From assembly GCF_018350175.1 (NCBI RefSeq), contig NC_058368.1:129334001-129398000 (forward strand): a stretch of 64,000 nucleotides of DNA, read 5' to 3'. Shown here piece by piece: positions 10,922 to 23,058 of the stretch. Each line of letters starts with the position of its first letter. Position 1 is the stretch's first letter. The DNA is from Felis catus (lineage: Eukaryota). A model generated the notes under the pieces. It was not told the origin of the DNA. It saw nothing but the letters and a program-made list of their open reading frames with translations, and made no database searches. A program made the position numbers and the translations under genes.

Positions 10922-11384
10922 TATAGGGGTACTTTGAGATTTGAAAAAGGTAGCCTCAAGAAAGAGTTTTCAGGTATATAAACAACAAGGGCAAGGTGAG
11001 GTTAGTTACCTGGGTCACCAGTGTTGGCTGAAAGGAATCCTGTTGTCACAGGTGGAGGTCAGTCAATACCTTGATTTCATCCTCAAGGAATAGTTAACAC
11101 CTGTATCAAGCTGTCAGCATATAAATGCCCTTCATTCCAGCCACTGCTGTCAGCATAGTTCATGGCTTGGCCGCCCTCAGCAAAGAGGACTGCCTGAACC
11201 AGGGCTGAGCCCCTTCACAGTCGCACTCTGGAAATGTTGAAGCTCAAAGGTAAGGTCTTTTTTTTTTCTAGTAGAATTCTCTGGTGTCCTCTTCCTTCGT
11301 GTAGTATGGGTTTTCAGTTTTTCTGTTATAGACAGTTGACCAGGTGCAATTTTTTCCAGCCCACCCTTTAAAACATATTATTCT

Positions 11385-12100
11385 AAAAATTAACGTAAAT
11401 TCATCTCTCTTTTTGGGGTACAGTTGAGGCATTTTCATACGTGTGTAGAATGACGTGGCCACTACCACCACAACAGGGATGCAGAGTGGCTCTTTCACCC
11501 CAGGCAACTGCTTGCTGCTTTCTCTTTGTAGTTGCAACCGTTCCCCACCCCCCAAACCAGGGGAAACCAATGTTTCGTTCTCTATCACTACAGTTTTGTC
11601 TTTTTGAGAATGTCCTGTAAATGGCATCCAATAGTATGTAACCCTTAGGGGTTGGTTCTTTTTACTTTACATGTTTTTGGGATTCATTACCTTTGTTTCT
11701 TTTTCTTAATGGGTAATATTACTTTGTAAGGATGATGTATTCCGTTTGTTACCCATTCACCTGTTGAAGTGCTTTTGGAGTGGGATTGCTGGTTCACCTG
11801 GTAAATGTCCATTTAGCTTTGTGTTTAGCTACCAGACTGTTTTCCAGAGTGGCTGCACCATTCCAGATGCATTTGCACCAGCAATATATGAGAGACCCAT
11901 GGTTCCTTGTTGTCACCAACGCTTAGTTGTGTATTGTTTAAAAACAATTCTCATAGATAAGCATTGGGATTTCATGACTTTAATTTGTATTTCCCTCGAA
12001 GGTGAAAGGCCTGTTCAAGCCTTTGCCCACTTTCTAATTATGTTGTTTTCCTCCTGTTGAATTTTGAGAATTACCAATGTATTCTGGATATAAGAGTGCA
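11385..12100 (-). mobile_element. L1M (L1MB/MC-like) 3' region
   Basis: Antisense L1 motifs tctatcactacagttttgtctttttgagaatgtcctgtaaatgg and ccagactgttttccagagtggctgcacca. Confidence 0.8.
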
Positions 12101-12449
12101 TATAGATTCTGCATTATACATGCATAAATTCATGAGATAGCAGAGATTTAAAAAAAAATGGTCCTTCAGATCTTGGCATACTTTCCCAAAATGCTCGCTA
12201 ATACTTACTTTTCAGTTTCTTTGGTGCATTCTGTCCAGGTTCTATTCCTGAGAGACACACAGTGGAGTGTGCTTACTCCATTTTATCCAGAACTGGAAGC
12301 ATTCGATGTAAATCCTACTCTTCTTAGTTCTTCAGATTTCTAGTTTCTGTGTTCCATGAAGGTCAGAAGCAAGGTTTATCATCTTTGCATAGCCCTCTGA
12401 GCCTGGCAGAGTACCTTGAATGAGATTTTGTGAGTCACGTATTCGACCG

Positions 12450-12785
12450 GGGAACACGGGGATGGTTGTGTCTGCTACACCATGTGGAGTCTCAGCAAGA
12501 GTGGCTGAAATGGCTGGATACGTTTGTGACCGTTTGATTGTGGTCCTATATCTGGGTCCTAAGTTCTGGCCATCAGCTGGATTCTTCTGCTCTGTGCGAC
12601 TTCCGCCTGGGCTATAGTATCTGAAATGGCTTCTTGACTCCTGTGTCTGGTGCCTAAACTACGACAGCTAGAGCCGTTAGGGATGGCTGGCAGCTTGTTC
12701 TCCATATGATTTCATTTGTGCTTCCTCACAGCATGGCAGTTTCAGAGTAGTCAGACTTCTTACATAGTAACTGGATTCCCCAAAG
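12450..12785 (-). mobile_element. MaLR LTR fragment (MLT1G/H-like)
   Basis: gcttcctcacagcatggcagtttcagagtagtcagacttcttacatagtaactgg. Confidence 0.6.
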
Positions 12786-12899
12786 AAGTTTACCTACTTA
12801 TTTCTAATGTTATTCCACTTTGTGGTACCAGTGCATTTTTGTAAACTACCTTCGATTCATTTTAGAACAAGGTGGAATATAAATATGTAAATCAAGGGA

Positions 12900-13260
12900 A
12901 ATATAAATTAGGTATCGAGGGAAGATAAAGATGTGTGAAGTTGTTTCCCTAAAGGAGTTTAGAGTCACGCTGGATGGAAGAACTGTAGTCATTAAAAGTT
13001 GGCAAGCAGTAGGAAGTGGAGAACATTTGTTTCCTAAAGAGTTGTGTATACAGTGCTATAATTTTTTTTCAGGAAGCAGTGAACACTTCAGGCATCATAA
13101 AGGAAGTGGATTTGAGCTGTTTTTCCTTAATATTTAAAGAGAGAGAGTATTTGGACCAGCTGAGGGAGCTGGAACAATCCAAAAGAGCAGGTGGTTTATG
13201 AAAATGTAGACAATGTCAGAAAAGTATAAGGCATATTTTGGGTCCTGGCAATCAGCCAGT
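12900..13260 (-). mobile_element. L2 remnant
   Basis: gttgtttccctaaaggagtttagagtc...ggcatcataaaggaagtggatttgagctg. Confidence 0.45.
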
Positions 13261-13779
13261 TGGGTGCAGTCTGTCCATTGAAATTCTGGGAATGCTGTTT
13301 TCCTTGCTTATGTGTCCATTCACCCATTATCTGGTAACTGTGCCTAGGTTTCTTTTTGGGTAACCATCCTCACACTAATCGAAGCCCAGTAGGGAACCAT
13401 GGGTTTAAGGCTAACGGGAGGAGTACATTCCATGGGATAAAATAATGATTCACGAAGTCAGCAAGATAGAAGGGTAAGAGGTCACAAAACTCACCTCCCT
13501 CCTCCTCCCCAGCCCTGCCAGCCACCCCACCTCAAAAAAAAACAAACAAACTGTAAATAAGTACAAACTGGAAAAAAAAGCTCAGGAAAGGATGCATAAG
13601 CCACTCTAAGCCAATAATGCATCCTTATTTCAGAATGGTCAGAGATAAGACTCTGTTACACATATAGGAAACGAACATTTGAACCAAGTATCGGAGAAGA
13701 GTGAGGTGGTGAACACAGCATGTAATTAAAGAAAAGGCTTATGGGTAAAAACCAAAACTACTGTGTAGGCTTACAAGGC

Positions 13780-14265
13780 CTTCTGTAATGTAGTGCTACA
13801 TTTGTCACTGTCTTTCCACCTTTGTCTTCCCTGTATCTCCCTCCTCACCCTAAACTTGACCTGCTGTGTGTACCAGATGCCATTCTCTGAACATTCCTTG
13901 CTCTCTGAACTTCCTGTCTTTGCTGATGTTCTTGCCTCTCTCAAGTGACCCTTTCTTTTTAGTTTGGAAAGTTCTTTAATCATCCCTGTGGGCCCACCTA
14001 AGTGAACTTTTCCTGTACAGAATTCTGCCCCCCCCCCATCACCACCACTGAGGTTATTGTGATTCTTCATCTACTTCGCCATTATAGTATTTACTTCATT
14101 GTTGGGCATTGTTTTCATCTGTCTCTCCCATGATTGTGTGAGCTCCTTGAAGGAACAAAATCTTAAAACACCCCAAATCCCTTCAAAGCATTTAGCACAG
14201 TACTTAGCATCTCCTAGACAGTAAGTACTTAATAAATGCTTGAGGAATAGGTAGTGAATACATTA
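13780..14265 (+). mobile_element. L2 3' region
   Basis: gattgtgtgagctccttgaagg...ttagcacagtacttagca...agtaagtacttaataaatgcttga. Confidence 0.65.
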
Positions 14266-14369
14266 ATTAGAAATGGCGGTAACAAATGAAGAGAGACCTT
14301 GCTGGAGCTCCCCGGCTTCTGTCATGACTGTTCCTGGAAGCTCTTCCATCTGTGCCTGTGGATTACTAG

Positions 14370-14762
14370 GCATTTCTTACTTGATTACCATAACTTGTTT
14401 CTCCTGTGTTTTCCAGTCTCCTTTTAGCTAGGTGTGGCCATGAACGGATTTTTTTTCAGTGGGGTGTACCACTTCCAGGCCTGGACTTCCATGCTCCATG
14501 GAAATTTTCCCCTATTTCCCATTTCACTGCCTGGGGAATGCCCAGAGTGACCTTGGAAGCCAAAGATTAAAAGCAACCTAGGCTCTGTCAGCCTGAATCC
14601 TTAGTTGACTGCATGAAACAGAACCCTTCCCCTATCCCCCTTTTTGCCAATCAAGAACACCTGCGCTGAACTACTACACGGAGAGAAACTGCCCTGTGTC
14701 AGCCACTGTACTTTGGGGGTCTTTTTGCTTGTTTCCAAACAAACTTTGCTCTGACTCATATA
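14370..14762 (+). mobile_element. MaLR solo LTR (MLT1I/J-like)
   Basis: gctaggtgtggccatga...gtgtaccacttccaggcctgg...agccactgtactttggggg...ctctgactcata. Confidence 0.6.
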
Positions 14763-15729
14763 AGACTCAATAGAATTTTCTCAGTTAAACTAGATTCTGA
14801 ATATGGTGAATATTGTATACAAGGCAGGACTTTGTTCTGGAAAGCCTTCCTGTTGTCTCTGGCCTTTACTTTTTTAGAAAAAGGTCACTCATGGTATGAG
14901 GCACCTGGGCACAGTTTTGGAGCAGTAGGCTGAAGGTGAGCAGGTTAGTTCTATTCCTGGGTCTGCCCCCCACTGGCTTTGGGTTCCCAGCCAAGGAAAA
15001 TGACGGCATGGATGCTAAAACAGCCACCCAAGGGGAAAACCCATAAAAGCAACAACAATCGCCCCAGCAGAAACGCAGGTGATGGTGATTTCTGCTGCAA
15101 GAGAGAATAATGTTCTTATGCCTCCTCTCTTCCAGGCTTCACTAGTCTTAATGCATGATGCCTTCCAACCCTACAGACTCTGCTTACTGATTCCAGGTCT
15201 GGCCAGCTGTGAGGAGCATTTGACCTTTCTCTAGTGCCGGCAGACTGCAGATGCACCAGTCAAAATGTCTCTGTCCTTGTCAGTGTCAACTTTCTAAGCC
15301 ATGGGATGAATATTGAGTTTATTTAGTTAAAGACAAACAAATAAAAAATGGCAGGAGGAAGAGCACTATTGCTGGAACCCGCCAGTCAGTGTTTCCAAAC
15401 CGCAGACTCTACTGGCCTGAAGTATAATCTGTTTTCACAGAGCCTGTCCCCAGCACATCCACATCCTGGGAACAGGCTCCTTGAGTGTCCATTGCCCACC
15501 CAGAGGAGGGATAGCTATTTCTTATCTTCTTCTACCAGACTTTTCTGTGTTTGCTTATGTGGGGAAGGAATTACAGCAATTGTTTCTCAGGGCCAAAGTT
15601 CTCAAAGAGTCAGAGATTGCGAATTCTTCATGCAAGGGATTGACACTTCGCTCAGTCTCCTCACTGGAACCTTTCATGTCTCTAGGACTGGATGCCCCAT
15701 GATCTGGCCCTGGGCCCTAAAAGAATTGC

Positions 15730-15920
15730 TACCACTGACCTTTAAGAAGGCATCAGAATCTCTTGGAGAATGTCTTCTAAATGAGTATTGGCTTGCATGG
15801 TTCACTTCCTAGGATTCTGGCTCCATACATAGCAGGTGGGGTCCAAGATTCTGCAGTTTTAGTTGGCACCCCAGGTGAATTTGATGCTGGTGGATCTGAG
15901 ATCACACATTTAGGAACATC
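15730..15920. mobile_element. hAT-Charlie MITE, MER5-like
   Basis: gcatcagaatctcttggag...ggtggggtccaagattctgcagtttt...ccccaggtgaatttgatgc. Confidence 0.6.
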
Positions 15921-15929
15921 CCTTCCTAT

Positions 15930-16430
15930 TGGCTGTTGAGTAATCTTTTAAAAACACAAATAGGTTCATAAATAGCACTAAATTTTTTTTGATGACTTGC
16001 AGTTGCCATCAGGATCTGGTCCAGACTTCTTAGATGGCTAATGAGGGCTCATTGATTGGGAAGTAGCCTTTGCTTCTCTAGCTTCACCTCTTAGCACCTG
16101 TCCCCCTTATCCTCTTCATTGCCGTCATTTTTCGAATCTGTTTGTACTGCTTTCCCTGCTTTGTGAATGTTACTTTCTGCCTGGAACACTGTTGCCCCTC
16201 CGCCCAGTCTCTACCTGGCTAATGAATAGGCAAACCAGACCTTTCTCCTTGGGAAATCTTTTTCCTCTTTTCTAAGGAGGTGCCTCATGTCTTGCTTAGG
16301 GCTCCCTGCCTGCCCCCTCTGGGGAGAGCACTTAGCACTGTGTGTGTGTTCGCCCTTCACTGGTCTTTGTCTCTGACCAAAGCCAGGGCTTTTGTGGCAG
16401 GAATCATGGACTTGTCTTCTGGTCCCCAGG
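15930..16430 (+). mobile_element. L2 remnant
   Basis: atctttttaaaaacacaaataggttcat...tctgcctggaacactgttgcccc. Confidence 0.5.
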
Positions 16431-17529
16431 AAGTTTAGTTAAGGGGCAGGACTGTGGTGGGCAGAAGTGAGCCTGAGGTCTCAGCCTATAAAGGATCGGC
16501 AAACATTGCTAGAATAACGTGGGAACTGCTTCTGCATCCACCAAAATGGGCAGTCTGAAGGTGAAGTAATAAAACATTTTTCCTGGTGTATATCTATCAC
16601 TGTTAAGTATTTTTGCAACCTCATCTCACTTGTGCAGTCAATACGAATTGGAAAACAGAAGAAGAACTGGCCTAGTACTGTTGCTATGCATGCTGGAATG
16701 TTTCAAGACTGTTATAACCCAGGTGCTTTTAATTCGGAGGCCCCACCCAAATGTCCCAACACAGGAAAATAACCCATATTCTGATAGAACCTATGTTCTA
16801 TCTCACTGTATGATTTAAGTAGAATTGCTGAAGGTCAAAGGAACCCAGGTCACAGCATGAGTGGAGAAGAGCCGTGCCTTCTTGACCTGCTCCCATCAGG
16901 ACTTCTTCCTGTGAAAGAATATTCTCAGCCAGTCACTGTATGATTGGGTCTCCTTATTGGAGAAATTTAGCCTTCACCTTAATGAATGTGATGGCCTCAT
17001 GCCTCCTTGGCAAAATTGTCAGCATGAAGAACCTGGCTCGGGAATTACTTCCTCATTTTTTGCTCAAAAAGTTTGCTGAAGGGAAAGTAACATGGAGAAA
17101 GCAAGCAGGTAGAGTTCAGCCTGACTGTTCCACGCATGTACCTCATAATCCACACAATTAACCCCAAAAGCCAAGCTCCCTCTTTCTTACTCCCTTGGGG
17201 AAACAAAGTAAATAAAAAAAGAAACTAAGCAATGTTAAGAATAGGAAGCACTTGCTCCCTTTGAGAATTCAGAATGTGGGTGCCCACCATCAATTAATAC
17301 CAGGGAAATAACAGGAAATTCTCTGGAGGGAAATGTGAAAAAGGGAGGCACTTGCTTTTGAGCTGTCTGAATAATGAGCCTAGGGAAAGCCAGTATCTTT
17401 ATTTTTCAGGCTGTTGCTACCTTCTCGTGAATACCACTAGTGTATTTCCTTCCAATAGCTTTTAGCCTTCCAGGGAACAACAGAGCCTTGCCATTCCCCT
17501 GGCTTCCCAAGAGCCTGCAAAGCAGACAT

Positions 17530-17645
17530 CCCTGATCCCATTCTCTAAATGGGAAAACAGAGGCTCAGAGGTTGAGTGATTTATTTAAAGTGCAGCATAA
17601 GCAAGCAAAGAAGCCAGCAGGAGATAAGAGCTGGTCTAACTCCCC
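17530..17645 (-). mobile_element. MIR
   Basis: atcccattctctaaatgggaaaacagaggctcagaggttgagtgattt core. Confidence 0.6.
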
Positions 17646-18551
17646 CGTCAATTTTCAGTTCCCCAGATAACAAAGAACCTAAATAAACCTACATCAACAC
17701 CATATGGTATCAGCAAAGCAGGGGGATGTTGGGCACTTGTATTAAAATGTGCTATAAAGGAAAGATAGTTTGTATGTGTGAATAGTCAGGGAGCAAACCA
17801 TTGTTTTGATAATTCTCATCATTTTTAGTTCAGTAACCCAGTATGACATAAGTTTTGATGGACTAGGCAACTTGACTAATACCTATCCAGTCCTTATTTT
17901 TAACAGAAAATATAATAAGTCACAATTGTTATGAATACTCAATAGGTAACAACTTAATTATGCATGCTTAGAACTCTGGCTTATAAGTATGCTTCTTGGT
18001 GGGAAATCTTGAGGACCCTTTCAAGAACTTGCCTTGAGTTTTGAAATGAAAATACATTTTACTGTGTTTTTGTGTGATAAGCTGTTAGAGAATTTTCTTC
18101 AGTGCCAGTAGGAAATGTAGATTTGGTTAAGCTACACTGCAAACCTGTTAACCTATAACAGTCACCAACTAATCCAATGTACGGCCCCCTGGACACAGTG
18201 ATGCATCCCACTAGGCTGCCATAAGGGCAAATACGATTTGTCTACAGAATTAGGCTTCGCAGTTAGAGTCCCTGCTTTGGGTGTGATATCCTGTGGACTG
18301 CACGCAGATTTAGTGTCCCCAAACAGATGGGCTTTCCCTTTATGGGCCACTCTTAAGTTTTCTAGGCAAACTGCAGCTGCGCTAATGTCCCTTTGTGTAA
18401 AGGAGTGTTTAAGTTGAACCACTTCCCTTTACCTGATGGGTATTCAGAGTTTTGAGCCAGGGGCAACTGGGATATGCCAACATCTGCAGAAAAGGAAGAT
18501 TTCCTTCTTCGTGCTCTTTAGGATTGAGTGTGAGAGGCAGGAAAAGCTTCT

Positions 18552-21151
18552 CTGGGTAGCAGTGAAGGTCTTTAGTTGCAAACAACAAACACGCTGTAGC
18601 TAATAGAAGCAGGAAGGGGAGTTTGGCCAAGGATTGGTGGTGGATCATGGAGTTTCTAGGAGCTACGTTGGCAAGCTAGGAGGGTTTGCAGATAGGAGCA
18701 GTGCCTGTGCCGTACTGCCAGAGTGTTCCACAGGAGTCCTGCTGCTTCCAAAAGCTGGATGAGTCTCTGCCTTCCTCCCAGAATGTTTCCCTCATGGCAT
18801 TGTTTCCTTTATTCTTTCAATCTGAAGTATCGTCAGTTATTAGTAGATTGGTGACAACTGGGTCACATTTTTGAAAACCTATCTCTAGCTACAAAGGAAC
18901 CTGGGAAAGCAAGTGTCTCACCTCTACTTTGGGCAGGCAAAAGATTTCCCAAACGGTGAAAGGATGTTCAAAATATAGATGGTGACCCACAACATAAACT
19001 ATGTCTACTGTTTGACTGTTTAACAGTCCTATAAACTTTGTTCCATACTAAAATTCTAAAGCCCTCCAATCTCAACAGCAAAATGCTCCTGCCCAACATC
19101 ATGCAGTAATTTGCTGTAATGGAAAAATGTGCCCACCTTCTCCTCAAAAAGGGGGTCAAGTCTTCTCACTTGTCTCACCAACCTCTGAGCTTAGGTCACC
19201 AGGGGATGTTCACCTTCTCCAACTCTGTTGCAATTTCATCTTGATACTCTGTGACCCAGAGACTAAAATGTAAAGTTAATTACCTTTTGATGTTATCCAC
19301 ATACCCTATAGAAGAGGGAAGGGAAACAGAAGAAGGGGAAGAAGGAAGAATACTCAGTACATATACATAAAAAGGAAGAGAAATAAGTGGCTGCTGTTAT
19401 CATTGTCTCCGCAAGTGGTCTCATGCATGTGGATGGTTTAAATGACCTCATCCTCCACAGCCATGCCATGTTCTTTTTGTCTCCAGAACCCGTGTGTCAG
19501 CTCGTTACAATTCTTTACCTGACAAGGTGACTCCAACTTTGATTTCTCAACAATTGGAACCTCCTCTTAGCAGTCCTTCGTATGTGTGGTTGCCGTGGAA
19601 TTTTACCAGTGGACATGGCAATACACAGAGGGACCCAAAAGGATCTCCTGGGTTCCCAAAATAGCCTTTCTACAAAATGGCATAAACTACCCTATATTGC
19701 CTTGTTAATCAGAGTCAATCTTCCCAGTCAACACTGAAAACCCCTTTGTTGCCTTTTTTTCCAGTGCCATGAAAGTCTAAAATATCCTCCTGATAAGGAG
19801 TTTCATTTTCTAATTCTATGAAACATTCCATGCTCCTGATAGAACTCTTCTTCCCTTGACCACCCAGACTTTAACATTGGCAGTGTCCATAATTGCAGGG
19901 ATTGAAAACAAAACTTTTTCAATAAGATCATTAGATGTAACATTGAGAGCTGCCCTTTTGTTTGTACCTTTTGGTTTTAAATTCTGTGTACTTTGGTTAT
20001 AGAATTGAAAATAGTGTCATAAATTTATCATAGTTCAGAGAATGTGCTACGTCTTATACACACCACCCCCAAACTCCTAAGATGGTGTTGGTCAGCTGGC
20101 ACCAGCTGGCATCATACCGAAGAATTCAGTAGATCTTTTCCACCATTCTGCAAATCCAGTTGCTTTTTGGTGATAGACCATGGGAATTCCAAATTTCCTG
20201 AATCATTGAAGGATTCTTAAATATGCTCAAGTAAAATTTTCTAGGACTCATTCTTCCTACTAAGGCATTAACTCTGGTAGAAGACACTTGGATAAGCTCT
20301 GATTTCAAAATTTGTTGACCCCATCAGGGTTTAACTCTGACTTTAGCCTGAAAAGTACTAGAAGATACTGTACTTGGAGGACCCTGTTGCTCTGACCATG
20401 CCCTGAGCAGAGTTTAAGCTCCCTAGTGCTGATGGAAGTAACCCTTGAATTATTCATGCCATTCACATTGTTTTCATGCCAACCCTTGTTTTCATGAGAT
20501 ATGAATTCCAGGTACTGCAGGCAAATATTTAAAATAATTTACCGATGTCCCATCTGCTAATGCTGTCTGGGGTTTTTACTGCCTTATCCTCACTAGATGG
20601 CCCATTCTTGTTGTGTTTGTGATCCAAAATCACTCCTCAAATCATTTTCTGTATTGATCAAGGGGTTCTTAGCTGCAAACTACAGAATCCACTTAAGCTA
20701 ACATGTGCACAGGTGTAATGTATTAAGCCATATTAAGCAGTTGACAGAGGCCAGAAGATCAAATATAGAGGTGTGAAACCATAAACAGGGTCCACATGAC
20801 CCCGAGCCTGCTGCAGTAGAAGCCCTCCTCCTGCTGCTGCCAGCATAGCCCTATGGCTCACTTGGCTGATGATGGGCATGGGATGCCTCCACTAGGACTT
20901 GGGATAGGGCTTCTTCTGAAAGATGGCCCACTGTCTCTCCAGCACAGTCGATTCAACATTTCCTTCTACATGTCACTCTCTTCTAAGCTTAAATCTCACA
21001 AAGAAATATTTGATCCTAGGTCCTTGTCATGTAACTGTGCCCTAGCCTGCAGAAGAAACTGGGAGATGTAGGGCACTGCAGGATTCAAAAGGTGGGAAAT
21101 TTCCTTGATAGATCAAAGATATTCCAAGCATAAATAATGTCCATTACCACA
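18552..21151 (-). mobile_element. MaLR (old MLT1-type) provirus relic: LTR ~18552-19010, internal ~19010-20649, LTR ~20650-21151
   Basis: Two same-orientation MLT1-like LTRs (ctttagttgcaaacaac / cttagctgcaaactac; both end near atgtc(t/c)a) flank antisense MLT-int sequence (ggatctcctgggttccc...aatcagagtcaatcttcccagtcaacac). Confidence 0.65.
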
Positions 21152-21584
21152 TAAAGGTAGTTCCCATTTTAATTAGAGTAAGATTGTTTGATTCTGAATA
21201 ATATATTACATCAACCCACTGGTACATAGGAAATCCTGAATGGAATCTAGGAAGGGACTTCCAGAAGTGATCTGATTGAGCCTCAAATTTTTACCTCCTA
21301 TAAATGAAGTGTACAGAATTATTTATTCCCATTGCACTGGTGAGGCAAGTGAGTCCTAAGGAAGTCAAGTGCCCTGCACACTGCTATTCAAATTCCCACC
21401 GAGATGTTATCTTTCTTAAAATTTGATTTTAATGCTAGGCATAAGTTGATACATAGAACAAGGCTGAACAAGTAGATTGACAGGAATGCTCAAAGACTTC
21501 ATATGGTTTTTGAAAGGAGCCATGGGAATTTTATACAATGTAGTAAAAAACAAAAACAAAAAAACAAAAAACCAACCCAGCAAC

Positions 21585-22130
21585 TGTAGTGGACATCTTT
21601 TGTTATGTGCTTAACATCTGTTACCCTTTCTTTGGGTAGTAGAATTTACTGCTAGGAATTCCACTCCCCTACATTTTAGCCCTTGTGGTTGCCTAACCTT
21701 CTGTCCTTCCATCCCCCAGCCCTGGGTGAATGTATAACACAGTGTGAACAATCAGAATATTCCATCTCCCTGCATTGTGGATAGCCATGCCACCCAAGTC
21801 TGTGTGCTAAAACTCTGTCTTTGGTGGGAATACTGGGTGAGGAACTCCCTTTCTCCCAGTCTTCAAGTGGCAGGTAAATTCCTAGAGCTCCTGGGATCCC
21901 CATGCAGATAGCCGCCTGAGAATAAGATCAACACTGAGAAAGCCAGGACTGAGGGGTAGGGAGAGTCTGGATACTGATGATCTGTGTAAGCCTCTGGATC
22001 CAATCAACCAGTCCACCCCCAAGAATTTCAACTATTTAAGCCACCAAATTTTTTCTGTTTTGATGTTTGGCTCACATGACTTTTTATCAAGTTTTTTACG
22101 CTTGCACCCAAAGGAGTCTTACCTGATCAC
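21585..22130 (+). mobile_element. MaLR solo LTR (MLT1K-like)
   Basis: Starts tgtagtggacatc; aatcagaatattccatctccctg; ends cttgcacccaaaggagtcttacctgat. Confidence 0.7.
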
Positions 22131-22699
22131 CCATAAGGAGGCTTCTACATTGTTGTGGCTTCTGTGGTAACCTCTGGGTGAGGCATGCAGCCTCTTGAAG
22201 TGCAGGATATCAGAGTGCCTTCGAGGCCACTTAGTCCAACGCCCTCCACTTGGCAGTTCTAGTTCCTTCAAAGGCAGTTAGGACACCAAGCACCAAGTCA
22301 GCCATCCTCACTCCCAGGTACTTCTATTCAGTTTATATCCCACACAATAAGTCCATATACCGCTTTATGGAAGTCATAAAATGAAGTCCGGATGTTCCAC
22401 ACCCAGGTGTATAGACTGTTTTGAAGAAGGTTCCCTTAAGGCCTTGGAATTCCTATTATAGGACAAGACCAAATTGTAAGAATTAGTTCATCTTCCAAAA
22501 AAGAAGATTATATTCCTATTTACCAGTGAGGTGGAGTGATTAGATAATTCCTTGAGCATTTCACAAAAAGATTATACCAAAACCACTGTTGATGTTGTCT
22601 GTAATATATGTATCATGTCCTATCACCACCATCTTGGTGCGTGAGGTTATTTCTTGTGTGGGAGGGGAATCTCTCTAGTGCATTGCCAAGGAATACGGT

Positions 22700-23058
22700 G
22701 CCCCTGAATGAAAGAAGGCTGACAAAAAAGAGTACCTACTTAATGCTTCTATTTACATAAAACTCCAGAAAATGCACATCAACCTACAGCGACAGAAAAC
22801 AGATCAGTGGTTGTTGAGGATGGGGATGAAGGGGTTGTGGGGGATGGATTGTAAAGGCACACAAGGCAACTTTGGAAGTGATAGGAATGTTGGGTATCTT
22901 GATACAATGTAATATATCAAAATATATATATATACACACACACATACATATATATTCTCCAAACACATTAAGTTGTGTACTTTAAGTATGTATATAAAAA
23001 AATAAATAGGTATAGTTTGTTGTATGCAAAAATCAACCTCAAGAAAGTAGTGAAAAGA
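22700..23058 (+). mobile_element. L1M 3' end
   Basis: tgaatgaaagaaggctgacaaaaaagagtac...gacagaaaacagatcagtggttg...aactttggaagtgataggaatg. Confidence 0.8.

Noticed and set aside
11141..11249. Possible exon ending at AAG|GTAAGG
   Set aside because: Good donor but several weak competing acceptors, so boundaries cannot be defined
22452..22462. cctattatagg as a CArG box
   Set aside because: Seven A/T between CC and GG; the SRF consensus needs six
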